Below, one piece after another: positions 22,798-35,611 of a stretch of 64,000 nucleotides of DNA. The DNA is from Macrostomum lignano (taxonomy: Eukaryota), in NCBI GenBank assembly GCA_002269645.1, contig NIVC01002277.1:1-64000 (forward strand). Direction: 5' to 3'. The notes under the pieces are model-generated. The model was not told the DNA's origin and searched no databases. It saw only the letters and a list, made by a program, of their open reading frames with translations. A program made the translations under genes and the position numbers. The first letter of the stretch is position 1. Every line of letters starts with the position of its first letter.

Positions 22798-24054
22798 TTA
22801 AAGTGTCGTCTCCTGAGTTGTCGCTTCCTCATCACCATTGTTCAGCTTCTCTGCAGCCGTCTTGCTGTCCCGCGTCTCGGCTCGAACCACCGAGGAATAA
22901 AAGTCCAACTGTTTCTGAATCGGACCGATGTAACAGTCGCGAATGCGCGGGAACACTCCGGCTAAAATTGTTGCCAGAGGCAGAGCGATTGTGCTGATAA
23001 AGTGGCACTGGCTCTGCGGCTTCCGTACAACTTCCGGGTCCATGGTGGGCAGCGGCTCAATGCCCATGCTGCGCTCTAGACGGGCTTCGTTGAAGAATTC
23101 GGCAAGCAGGCAGTCGATCCACCGGTCAGCTGTTGGGAACGGCCGCGCCTCGTTGCTGACATCCGAGGTTTTGATGAGCAGCCGGAGCAGCAGCTCACGA
23201 TGACCGGCGTTGCCAAAGTCCACCTGGCCGCTGAGAGCAGAAAATTCCTCGATAATTTCGTGGTGCCTGCTCATATCCGTGGCCAGGATGAGGCGGACAA
23301 CGGCTTCTCTGGCTTTCAGGTAGTCGCTGGGCGACAGGCCGCGAAAGATGTTGCAACTGGGATTGCTGAGAATGCGGAATGTCGTAGCCAGATGGTGATT
23401 CTCCAACGGGGACGCGTCGCTGTAGCGAAGCGCCAGGACAGTCTTTGCCTTGCGCTGGTAGTGATTGGAGAGACCCGGATGGTCCAGATCATGGCAGATG
23501 GCCGCGGTGAGGAGGCAGAACAGCTCCAGAGGGGAGTAAATCTCCGACAGGCTGTTTATCCAGGTGAGCGCGTAGGACATCTGCGCCACCATGAAGCAGT
23601 GATGGAAGTTGTGAAACGGCACTCGGTTGTAGTGACGGAACACATCGTAGAGGAAGTTTTCCAGAGTCTCCAAGTCAAAGTTGAACTGTTCGGGAAAGCG
23701 CAGATCGATGTACATCTGGCGCAAATAGAGGAACAGCTGGTACTCCGAGTGCTCCCAGTTTGAGAAGGTGGTCTTCCTCAGCGCTTCCCGTTCGTCTAAG
23801 CTGACGTTGTTGGCGCCGAATCGCCGAACACGCTCTAGCACGGCCAAAGAGTCGGCGTCCGAGGTTCGAATCTTGGCCGGGTCCGGACACGCCGGGCGGC
23901 CGCAGCAGCCGAGTAGCGGCCGGCCTGTGTTGGGCGAATGTTCGCCGTTCGTTAGCGCCGACGCCGGAGCGGAAGACCCAACGAGTTCGCCATTCGGTAC
24001 GACCGTCGTTTCTGTCGCTGCCGAGCCATCGTCGAGTCTAGCAGTAGAAGACAT
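22798..24054 (-). CDS. PDE9A: Class I cyclic-nucleotide phosphodiesterase, PDE9-like, 418 aa from the first ATG; catalytic domain in a single exon
   Basis: Motifs PFHNFHHCFMVAQM, AAICHDLDHPG, SPLENHH, LILATDMSRH, LIKTSDVSNEARP, invariant Gln (SQCHF). The frame stays open to a strong 3' splice site (CTAAC branch, pyrimidine tract, TAG at 24197-24195), so upstream exons may exist. Confidence 0.88.
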   Translation of the reverse strand: MSSTARLDDGSAATETTVVPNGELVGSSAPASALTNGEHSPNTGRPLLGCCGRPACPDPAKIRTSDADSLAVLERVRRFGANNVSLDEREALRKTTFSNWEHSEYQLFLYLRQMYIDLRFPEQFNFDLETLENFLYDVFRHYNRVPFHNFHHCFMVAQMSYALTWINSLSEIYSPLELFCLLTAAICHDLDHPGLSNHYQRKAKTVLALRYSDASPLENHHLATTFRILSNPSCNIFRGLSPSDYLKAREAVVRLILATDMSRHHEIIEEFSALSGQVDFGNAGHRELLLRLLIKTSDVSNEARPFPTADRWIDCLLAEFFNEARLERSMGIEPLPTMDPEVVRKPQSQCHFISTIALPLATILAGVFPRIRDCYIGPIQKQLDFYSSVVRAETRDSKTAAEKLNNGDEEATTQETTL

Positions 24055-24869
24055 GTTTGGTTTGGAAGGCTGACTGACTAATGAGCTGGTGGAGCATTCC
24101 ACCACCACCAAATATCCCTGAGGCCGGGCAGGCGGAGCTCCCGTGTCACTTTGCGAATCGGCTGGAACGTTTTGAAGGTTTTGCTGTTGCTTAACTAGTG
24201 GAGATAAAAGTTAGCAGCGTACAACTTGGCTGAATATTGTGAAAAATGAAGACTTTAGTAGTTCGACGCTGCAGCCCCCTATCCTTATTAACTCGATTCC
24301 CCGCTAATACACCGCAAAAAGTGCATTTTTTACAATTGAAAATAAGCCGGCTACCATTAAACGGCGTACAGTTGACTGTCAGAAAAAGATTAAATCTGAC
24401 AGCGCAGTGGAAGTTGAGAATAAAGTGGCCTTCAGCCTTTTATCTTCGGCCTCCAGCTCTTACATTCCCGAGTCCTAGTGAAGGCATGTATCTTGCTGCG
24501 TCTGATGAAGCTGCTTTCCTGATTAAAAATCGCATTAGACCCGCCTCTGCCTGCCTGTCTCTCCGGATAGCAACTGTCTCTGCTTATTTACTTGCACTAT
24601 GCACTTTCCCAGCTTTTTCTAGCCAGCTCCCAGCACTGCCTCTTGAGATGGGGTGCCTCCTGCTCTCTCGCTTTCTCCCTCGCACTCCTCCTCTCGACCA
24701 TAGCCTGGCTGGATCTATAGGGATTCGAATAATCCAATTTAATCAGGCTCTGCAAGTCGGATTAGCAGAAATAGTGCTTAAGCGGGCCCCGATTCGGGAG
24801 CCACTTCACACTGCGTGCGAGCCTGTCAGAAGGCGAGGTCGTATTGACTTGGAAACTGAAGGCAATTAA

Positions 24870-25027
24870 GAGAGATTCGAGACTGAGAGACAGAGAAAGC
24901 GAGATTGAAAGACAGACGGATTGGGAGACTAAGAGAAATGGAATTGAGAGAGACTGAGAGAGACTGAGAGAGACTGAGAGAGTTTAAGAAAGACTGAGAG
25001 AGACTGAGAGAAAGATTGAGAGAGACT

Positions 25028-25086
<59 letters not shown>

Positions 25087-25110
25087 AGAGAGAGAGAGAG
25101 AGACTAAAAG
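24870..25110. repeat. (GA)n/(GAGACT)n microsatellite
   Basis: Direct inspection. Confidence 0.9.
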
Positions 25111-25319
25111 ACAAAAAAGCAGATGAAGACACATTGGAGACGGACTATGAATCATCCATCTAATAAATGATCACAATGAACCACTTCCAGCTTCAGACTG
25201 CTGCTTGAAGAGGCCGGGTTGTACTGCTTTCTATATTAGTATGCAAAAATTAATCAGGAATTGCATCGGCAAAATGGAGTGCCGCTTTTTTCACTGTTGT
25301 TATTTTATGTCCTCCCGGG

Positions 25320-25333
25320 CCTGTCTGTCTGCC

Positions 25334-25423
<90 letters not shown>

Positions 25424-25457
25424 CCTGCCTGCCTGTCTGTCTGTCTGTCTGCCTGCC

Positions 25458-25514
<57 letters not shown>

Positions 25515-25595
25515 GCCTGCCTGCCTGTCTGCCTTTCTGCCTGTCTGTCTCTATCTCTGTCTCTGTCTATCTGTCTATCTGTCTGTCTGTCTGCA
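25320..25595. repeat. (CTGT)n/(CTGC)n microsatellite
   Basis: Direct inspection. Confidence 0.95.
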
Positions 25596-26927
25596 TGCAT
25601 GTCCTTCATACCTACATGCAAAAATCAGCAGTTTGCACTATAGAGAGCCTTGAAATTCCTGGCTGAGGCGGAGGAATTCTCATTAATTTCTAGGAATCTG
25701 CCGTCACCTCAATTTGGCCCTCGGATCTGTTTCCCGTTTCAACTCAGGGACCTCAGCGGCAGCCACTGAGCCCTGGAATATACGAGCGTATTCTGAATCG
25801 TATTTCCATCGAAATTAAAAGGCAAAAGATTGCTTTAAACATACCAGCCAAGCCACGGGTCGGCTTAGTCACAAGAAACCGATTCCGGGTTGCAAAGATT
25901 TGCCTAATTGCATTTCTAACTCAAAGCCCTCCCATGAGACGGTCTACGCGCTGGGTATCAGGACCTACCATCCTATTTTTCTACATCTACTGCTCTCCGC
26001 ACTGCAGCCAATCTGCAGCTTAAATGCAGCATTTTTTCACAAGTCTGTCAGCTGCTCACGCACTCTCTCCCAGTGTGGTTTTTTCGACATTGCTTTTTGT
26101 TGCCTTTTGTCCCCTGAGGGGCTCGGAGGGCCTCGGAAACGGTTAGGTTTCTGTTCTCCTATCATCATTCCGTCTCTCGCTCTCTAATAAGAGACAGACT
26201 CAATTTGATTCATTCTGTTGAGCAAAATGCGCAAAAAAGTGGCAGCAATGGCGCGAGCTCAGAAAAAAAATGCGTCACTCTTCTTACTGCGTTTGGTTTT
26301 TTTTCTTCTGGAACTGATGCTAGCAACAAAAGATGAGCAAGATGAAGCAAAATTAGTATAGCTACTCTCTCAGATGTATCTATCTGGCCTCTGTGCGCAT
26401 GTGGTCCCACCTTGCAGCTTTACAGCGACACTCTCGGGCCACTGCTATTCTAACGCGTGTTACTCATTTAACTCGCGTAAGCGCCAAACTCAATAGATCC
26501 GAGTGGCCTGGACTGAACCGCATGCTTTAACTAACTATTGTGCCAGAAAAGATGATGCGAATAAAAGAAGTTTAGTTAGATTTGCTTTAGTTTGCTGCCG
26601 TTGGCCGAAACATATCCGACCTAGGCAGTGTAGCTACGCAATACTCAATTCTTAGGCTTATATCAACGTCTTGTCAATTCGCTCAAGTTGGATAGGGTGG
26701 GGGGGGTTCGCTTGAATTCTGTATTTGCTATAGGCAATTTGCCGTATTTATCAACGCAATCTTTGCGAGTATTTGGATCTGTCAATATTTCTTTGGACTG
26801 ATAAGCTTTGTGCATTACTCGCAATGCGGCTATTTAGATTGGTATAAACTAGAAGTAAAGCTAGTATTAGCTAGATCAATAGGCTTAAGCTATTCAATAG
26901 CATGTCTTAAACACAGGTTCAAGAAAA

Positions 26928-28152
26928 GTCTCAGAAGTAGGTGTCAGTGACTGGTTTCAGAAGTAGGTCCCAGTGACGGGTTTCAGAAGTAGGTCCTCAG
27001 TGACTTGTTTCAGAAATAGGTCTCAGTGACTGGTTTCAGAAGCAAGTCTCGGTGACTGGTTTCAGAAGCAAGTCTCAGTGACTGGTTTCAGAAGTAGGTC
27101 TCAGTGACGGGTTTCTGAAGTAGGTCTCAGTGACTTGTTTCAGAAGTAGGTCTCAGTGACTGGTTTCAGAAGTAGGTCTCAGTGACGTGTTTTAGAAGTA
27201 GGTCCCAGTGACTGGTTTCAGAAGTAGGTCTCAGTGACTGGTTTCAGAAGTAGGTCCCAGTGACTGGTTTCAGAAGTAGGTCTCAGTGACGTGTTTCAGA
27301 AGTAGGTCCCAGTGACTGGTTTCAGAAGTAGGTCCCAGTGACTGGTTTCAGAAGTAGGTCCCAGTGACTGGTTTCAGAAGTAGGTCTCAGTGACGGGCTT
27401 CAGAAGTAGGTCTCAGTGACTGGCTTCAGAAGTAGGTCCCAGTGACTGGTTTCAGAAGTAGGTCTCAGTGACTTGCTTCAGAAGTAGGTCTCAGTGACTG
27501 GCTTCAGAAGTAGGTCTCAGTGACTGGCTTCAGAAGTAGGTCTCAGTGACTGGCTTCAGAAGTAGGTCTCAGTGACTGGCTTCAGAAGTAGGTCTCAGTG
27601 ACTGGTTTCAGAAGTAGGTCTCAGTGACTGGCTTCAGAAGTAGGTCTCAGTGACTGGTTTCAGAAGTAGGTCCCAGTGACTGGTTTCAGAAGTAGGTCTC
27701 TGTGACTTGCTTCAGAAGTAGGTCTCAGTGACTGGTTTCAGAAGTAGGTCTCATTGACTGGCTTCAGAAGTAGGTCTCAGTGACTGGTTTCAGAAGTAGG
27801 TCTCAGAGACTGGCTTCTGAAGTAGGTCTCAGTGACTTGTTTCAGAAGTAGGTCCTCAGTGACTGGTTTCAGAAGTAGGTCCCAGTGACGGGTTTCAGAA
27901 GTAGGTCTCAGTGACTGGTTTCAGAAGTAGGTCCCAGTGACTGGTTTCAGAAGTAGGTCTCAGTGACTGGCTTCTGAAGTAGGTCTCAGTGACGGGTTTC
28001 AGAAGTAGGTCTCAGTGACTTGTTTCAGAAGTAGGTCCTCAATGACTGGTTTCAGAAGTAGGTCTCAGTGACTGGTTTCAGAAGTAGGTGTTAGTGACGG
28101 GCTTCAGAAGTAGGTCTCAGTGACTGGTTTCAGGAGTAGGTCTCAGTGACGG
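26928..28152. repeat. 26-bp satellite (CAGAAGTAGGTCTCAGTGACTGGTTT), about 47 copies
   Basis: Period 26 measured (27121 and 27147); each unit holds the palindrome CAGTGACTG. Confidence 0.95.
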
Positions 28153-28849
28153 GTGATCACAGATCATAAAATTACATCATAACTTTTACTTACATGAAAC
28201 TGGTTGCTTCTCAAGCGAGGTAGGTATAAGTTGCAAGCTCCAACGAACAGGCAAAATCAACCGATCAAAACTGAATTCAGGCCAGGATTTGGCGGGAACT
28301 GCACATTTAGATGGGGAAGGCAAGCGGCTTTGCTGAGAGGCTTGGGTTTTTTTAGGGAAAGAGCTACAATTTGACTGAGAAGAGAATGAGTGAGCGAGAG
28401 GTGGGTGGTAGAGAAGAGGGAGGAGAGTTGAGCTCAGTGTCCGCTGGTAGCCATGAGGTTGGTGGGGAGGTGGGGGTGGGGGCCAGCCCCAGCAACCAAT
28501 TGAGAGCGAGTGGCTGTGCCTCTAGTTCCAATAGTCCGTGCCAATTCCCACCAAAACTAGACAGAAATAGACAGAGAGGCTAAGAAGTTGAATAAGCAAC
28601 TCTCCCCCAGCGCCCCTCACCCTTTCGGCCTTTCAGCCCTCCAACCCCCGTGCAACTCTGCGACCTTCAAAGACAGGGATTTTGCTATGCGACCGCCGGA
28701 CTCCTCCTACTGTTCTCCCCTTCAACCCCGCAAGCCGATTCCCATTCTAATAATCCCCCGGAATGAAATGGAAATGCAATGGTGGGGTAGTTAGGTAGGG
28801 CAGAGCGAGAAAGACAGAGAGCCAGACAGCGAGAGACGCCCGGGCCGCT

Positions 28850-28975
28850 TGCTCACTAAATATTGCAGGCGAGTGTGACGTCAAAGCAGGTCTCATGGCG
28901 CGCAGTTGATCAGCTATTGGGTTGCATTTTATTGGGCATGGTCTTGCATATATTGAAGCGGATTTTATTGGTTAT
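28850..28975 (-). promoter_or_regulatory. Candidate promoter: three CCAAT boxes, a full CRE and a TATA-like element
   Basis: ATTGG at 28916, 28931, 28967; TGACGTCA at 28876-28883; TATTTAG (minus strand) at about 28856-28862. Order fits a minus-strand promoter facing the PDE gene. Confidence 0.4.
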
Positions 28976-31199
28976 TGCGCAGGCAGCGTTATTCACTTCT
29001 AGGCCCTACTATAGACCCTGAAGATTACTGTTTTTATTACATGCTATAAGCCTTAGTCGGGAAATCCATCAGCTGCCAGCCGATGGTATTATTTACGCGA
29101 ATGTTCACCGACAATAAACATCATAATATTCGTTATAGACGCGAATGTGACTTCCGAAATTTGTAATATTGGGCTTGTTTACTGTTTTGTTGAGCCTTTT
29201 AGAGTTCAACCTGCACTTTGGTTATTTTTAGGCTTTTTGTTTTTTATTGATTTTCCTTTTAAAACAGCTCTCAGATAAATATAGGATCTCATGACCCGGT
29301 TACAAGGCGGTATAGAACTTGTTAATTAAGTAAAAATACAAATCTCTATTGAGCTCTCATATACGAGCAAGGTGCGAAGCTAGGCACATCTACTCAGACA
29401 TCCCCATTCCTTTTGTCCCCGATAATAGCTTGTTTCCATCCACCCTCACACCCGGCCAAATTTCCTGTCATTTTGCCTTCCCGCTCAGACTACCGCGGGT
29501 CGGCATTTTTTCATCCCGCATCTCGAAGCGGCCCCTTTTTCCCGTAGCTTTCCCTCCCACTTTGGCCTGAATTTTAGTCCACGTCCTCCTAAACGCGATA
29601 GGCTTCCCCGGAACACAGCGACTGGTTCGAGTGCTCACTGATGGATAGTGCTCCAGCTCTCTTTTCCTTCTTCTTTCTTCCTTTCTCCTCTCATTGTCCG
29701 ACTTCTTAGTGGGAATTTCCAGCATCTCGTCCGGCTCTAATGAGTAATTCTATAAGCGAACTTTATTTGCTTTAATTTCCCTTCAATTTCCGTGAATTTA
29801 ATATTATTCAACATTTGGCTATACTACTGATTTCAATTTCTTAACCTACATAGGGATTTATCGGAGTGTATGCCATTTTTATATAGCAGCCTCCATGCAG
29901 CATCAACTATCTATTAAATGTTGCTAATTCTTGTAAAAATTAACGGCTCTCGGTCAAAGAAGAGCCTTTGAATTCGATGTTTTATTTCTTAAAAAATATC
30001 CCAATTTTCGTCTTTTCCTTAAAGTCCCAGTCGGATATAGAATCAGGTGGTTTATTCAAAGGATTTTGGCTCTGTTCTTAAGCTTTGTACCGAGTTCTTA
30101 CTCACAGTAAGCCTCTGCATCCCCGCGCTGAGCACTCGTTAGTCCAAGTCCCTTTGCCTAACTGAATGATAGTCTGCCTGTATTAACGCGAACTAACGCA
30201 TGGCAGGCCAGCTGATAAACAGGCAGGAAAAGCACCCGAGGAAAAAGCGAAGAGGGAGCGGATTCGTGCCCCAGATAAAATATAAGCCAGCGCGGGACAG
30301 AATGATGAGGGAGCGAATGGTGCTCTGGTCCAGAGTGGCAGGAAGAGATGGGCAATTGTTAATTCGCGCAGAAAGCTCTGCTTTTTCTGCATGGAAAATT
30401 CGAGTTTTCAACGGAGTTTTCGGGTTGCATGTCCAGAATGCTTTCAGGCAGCCAAAGCCAAATCAAGACTCAGTCAAAGGCATGAGTCTTTCAGCGGCGG
30501 AAATTTGAGCTCCGCGCCTATAGCAACTCGTACAGCTTACGCCTTCGGACAGAGCAGGACAATATTTTGGAGTGGAATAAATCTTCTAATAAGCCTGGTG
30601 AAAAGCGAGTTTCGTCAGCTTCAAACCCACCCATTGCGCAAAGTCTGCAATATCCTCTTCTTCTTCTTCTCACCGCCATCCGGTGTGCCAGGGGGCAGGC
30701 AAAGTCTGCGTTGCCAGGCTGGGCAGCGATATTGATTTACTGACTATGACGCATATTGAAACAGTGGGAGAGCAGAGAAACTGCCACTCAAAAAACACAG
30801 ACTTAGCCTTGCTCTGCTCTGCTGCTTCCGTCACAGAGATCGCCAGAGCAGGCACTGGCAATGGCATGGTGAACTCCTCTTAGATGCCAGACTTGATCTT
30901 GTGAAGGAAACGAACTGTGAGTGGCAGTGGGTGAGAGCTTTTATTGCATGGAACTGACGGCAATACTGCACTGCAATTCCCACCCGCTCGCATACAATTA
31001 CCTTTTATTACCCAGGCATTAAGCCCGATAAATTCATCGGTAATTTTCAGTTTATTTAGTCGGCTAATGCTTGACAATGTCAATAAATAGTTTGTTATGA
31101 GTGCTTAATTAGTTTTCTTGGGGCTTCTGTACGACAACTCGCGAGCAGTAATTATGCAGCCTCTAACTGTAGGGGTCGAACCTTCTGCCTTACCTCTCA

Positions 31200-32110
31200 T
31201 TCTTATCAAAACTATCTCATTCTCACCAGTCTCTCTCATCTCTCACTACTCCGATGTATATTCTCACTAGTCTCTGTAATCTCTCTACTCCCATGTCTAT
31301 TCTCACTAGTCTCTCTAATCTCTCACTACTCCAATGTCTATTCTCGCTTGTCTCTCTAATTTTTCTCTACTCCCATGTCTATTCTCACTTGACTCTCCGG
31401 TCTCTCTACTCCCATGTCTATTCTCACTTGACTCTATAATCTCTCACTACTCCAATATCTCTTCTCACTAGTCTCTGTAATCTCTCTACTCCCATGTCAA
31501 TTCTCACTTGACTCTATAATCTCTCACTACTCCAATATCTCTTCTCACTAGTCTCTGTAATCTCTCTACTCCCATGTCTATTCTCACTAGTCTCTCTCTA
31601 ATCTCTCACTACTCCAATATCTCTTCTCACTAGTCTCTGTAATCTCTCTACTCCCATGTCAATTCTCACTTGACTCTATAATCTCTCACTACTCCAATAT
31701 CTCTTCTCACTAGTCTCTGTAATCTCTCTACTCCCATGTCTATTCTCACTAGTCTCTCTCTAATCTCTCACTACTCCAATATCTCTTCTCACTAGTCTCT
31801 GTAATCTCTCTACTCCCATGTCTATTCTCACTAGTCTCTCTAATCTCTCACTACTCCTATGTCTATTCTCGCTTGTCTCTAATTTTTCTCTACTCTAATG
31901 TCTATTCTCACTTGACTCTCTAATCTCTCAGTACTCTCATGTCTATTCTCACTTGTCGCTCTAATCTCTCATTACTCCCATGCCTATTTTCACTTGCCTC
32001 TAATCTCTCTACTCCCATGTCTATTTTCACTTGTCTCTCTAACTTCTATCTACTCCAATGTTTACTCTCCCTTGACTCTCCAGTCTCTCTACTTGCATGT
32101 CTATTCTCAC
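31200..32110. repeat. Degenerate CT-rich minisatellite (CTCTCTACTCCCATGTCTATTCTCACTAGT-like, about 30/60 bp)
   Basis: Direct inspection. Confidence 0.85.
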
Positions 32111-32499
32111 TTGTACATTCCTCCTTTTTTCCCATACACAATATTTGATTATTGTTTGCGACATTCTATTCAAATGAAACAATCACTTCGGTTCGCAAGT
32201 CACGAATATGCACCTGACTTTAATGACAGCCATAATTAAAAAATATGAAAGCACAGAGAAAGGACTTTTAATAACCAGACGCTTTATATCTCTCAAGGAG
32301 TCGGTGCCGCTACTCGCTGCGGCTCAAAGATAAATCCGATGAATTAAATTGGCAGAACCAACGTCACTCGCTGCTATTAATAGAAACCTAAGCCTAGAAA
32401 CCTATTATTCCCTAAATCCTCTCGCCGATGCATGAGGCGTATTTTACTTTTTGATTTATTGTGGATTTAAATGGAGAAAGGATGAAGGGGGTGAACTGA

Positions 32500-32950
32500 T
32501 AAGGAAAGTGAAATAATGAAGGGAGCGAAATGATGAAGGGAGCGAATTGATGAAGGGAGTGAAATGATGTAGGGATTGAAATGATGAAGGGAGTGAAATT
32601 ATTAAGGGAGCGAATTGATGAAGGGAGCGAATTGATGAAGGGAGTGAAATGATGTAGGGATTGAAATGATGAAGGGAGTGAAATTATTAAGGGAGCGAAT
32701 TGATGAAGGGAGCGAATTGATGAAGGGAGTGAAATGATGTAGGGATTGAAATGATGAAGGGAGAGAAATTATGAAAGGAGTGAAATGATGAAGGGAGTGA
32801 AATGATGAAGGGAGTGAAATGATGAAGGGAGTGAAATGATGAAGGGAGTGAAATGATGAAGGGAGTGAAATGATGAAGGGAGTGAAATGATGAAGGGAGC
32901 GAATTAATGAAGGGAGTGAAATTATGAAGGGAGTGAAATTATGAAGGGGA
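32500..32950. repeat. 17-bp minisatellite (AATGATGAAGGGAGTGA), about 25 copies
   Basis: Period 17 measured (32791 and 32808). Confidence 0.92.
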
Positions 32951-33654
32951 AAATCATATGAAGAGATTTAGACGAAAGGAGGAGAGGCTGAAGAGAAGGA
33001 TGAAAGAAGAAGTTCGGCAAAAGGAGAGAGAATAATTTGATGAAGGCCGAAGCTTGAGGAACAGGAGCAAGAGAAGGAAGGTGAATGCGGGCTGGCAGGC
33101 CATATAATTGTGTTTAGGGGGTGGCGGCAGAAGTCCAATCAGTCCCACAGGCGGTCAGGATGCGCGCAGGCCGTGGGGTCCGGGTCCTTTCCGCTCTTCT
33201 CCACTCTATTTTCTTTATATCCCATTTTTCCCATAGCGACTTCGCGGGGGGGTGGTCTCGATTTCCGCCCGATTAAATCCTGGCCAGTCCGGTTGCCATG
33301 GTGATGAGGTCGGGATTTTCTTCGCCTGAGATAATTTAAAGCAGAAGAACGAATCTTGGTCGTGGGCGTAGACTCGGAGCGCCTTTGGAACTGGTTGAGA
33401 TCGTGAGAGAGAGGCTGGAGAAGCTGAGCCATATGGCCAGAATTAATTCATTTTATACTGCGGGATATTTATGCTGCTGTAATGAAATTATGGCGAGCCT
33501 TAAGCCTGCTAACTCGATCACACCATTGGGCACTCAACCACCCGGGTAGTCTTGAGGATTTGCGGCAAGAACTTGAGACAGAGAGATGCATTGAGGCACC
33601 CTAATTGGGTTTGCTGGGCGCGCCGGCTCTTAGAGGGGCTGTCCGGCGTGCAGG

Positions 33655-34055
<401 letters not shown>

Positions 34056-34539
34056 GTACTTGTACTAGACTACTTGTAGTAGCGAATCTATTATCGTACC
34101 TGGCACTGTATTAAAACAGACAGCGCAGGGATTTCTATTTCGGCCACAACTATGCTTATGACCTCAGCAGCTTATTCATAAGCCTAAATAAGCTTAAGTA
34201 GTCCCTCAGGGCGATGAGGCGGTTCCTCCGCGGTCTCAGTTTGATTTCGAGTTCTGAAGAGCCGCTCGGTCGGTTAGGCAGGCCAGCGGGAAGGGACAAA
34301 GGCTAGCGGTCACACTCGGCGCTGCGCCTTGCCGTCTTCTCTCTGTATCGAATTGCTTGGACGAGATCGGCAACTTGTCTCTGCTGTTGCTCTTTTTGCT
34401 GCTCCCGACTTTTGCGTGTTCGGGCTGGGGGGCTGTGGAGGGGGCACCTGCTGAACCGAACCGACTCTGGCCCGGCTGCGCCAGCTATTCTGCTCTTTAT
34501 TCACCGTGAGCCTCCCCATCTAATCCCCGCTTTATTCTA

Positions 34540-35135
34540 CCTCTATCTCTTCCCTCTAATCTCATCTCTCTTCTCCCTCGTCTCTTCCATCTAATCTCAT
34601 CTCTCTTCTCCCTCGTCTCTTCCATCTAATATAATCTCTTTTCTCCCTTGTCTCTTCCATTTCATCTGATCTCTCTTCTCCCTCGTCTCTTCCATCTAAT
34701 CGAATCTCTCTTCTCCCTCGTCTCTTCCATCTAATATAATCTCTTTTCTCCCTTGTCTCTTCCATCTAATATAATCTCTTTTCTCCCTTGTCTCTTCCAT
34801 TTCATCTGATCTCTCTTCTCCCTCGTCTCTTTCATCTAATATAATCTCTTTTCTCCCTTGTCTCTTCCATTTCATCTGATCTCTCTTCTCCCTTGTGTCT
34901 TCCATCTAATCGAATCTCTCTTCTCTCTCGTCTCTTCCATCTAATCCAATCTCTCTTCTCCCTCGTCTCTTACATCTAATATAATCTCTTTTCTCCCTTG
35001 TCTCTTCCATTTCATCTGATCTCTCTTCTCCCTTGTGTCTCCCATCTAATCTCATCTCTCTTCTCTCTCGTCTCTTCCATCAAATCTCATCTCTCTTCTC
35101 TCTTGTCTCTTCCATCTAATCTCATCTCTCTTCTT
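34540..35135. repeat. Pyrimidine-rich minisatellite (TCTTCCATCTAATCTCATCTCTCTTCTCCCTCGTC-like)
   Basis: Direct inspection. Confidence 0.85.
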
Positions 35136-35611
35136 TCTTGTCTGGGTTACCTATGGTGCCAGTCTATACTTAATATAAGTAAACGTGTTTAGCCAAATCT
35201 CTGCATACAACATCTGATACGCATGTCTTTAGACTGTAAACAAAGTAAATTCGATTACTTTCAAACCTTGGCTCCACTTGTACTTTTGGCACTCTTAGAA
35301 CGCTGAAATTATTGAAAATGTAGATTATTGATTTCTGGACAGCCCCTCTGCGTATTCTGGCACCTGTTGGGAATGCTAAGCTGCCAGATTGACAAGCTCT
35401 GCGCATTTGTTTTCAGTGTGCTTAATCCATATCTCAGGATTGGAGTCATGGCTGTTAGACCTGTACATTTGCTCCTCGGATAATTCCGGTTGTTAGGGTT
35501 GGGGTTCGGAAATCATATCACTGAGCAAAGTAGGTTGAAATCCGATTAATTCAATAAATTCAAAAAGCTGCTTTGAGCAGGACTTCTGCTCTTTGTTCTT
35601 CAAAGATTAAT

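Noticed and set aside
23200-24073. Plus-strand ORFs over PDE (187, 101 aa) and over AsnRS, GPCR and RRM exons
   Set aside because: Antisense shadows of GC-rich coding exons.
33139-33432. 97-aa minus-strand ORF (MAQLLQPLSHD...) as a first PDE coding exon
   Set aside because: No convincing phase-1 donor and no similarity to PDE9 N-termini that I can recognise.
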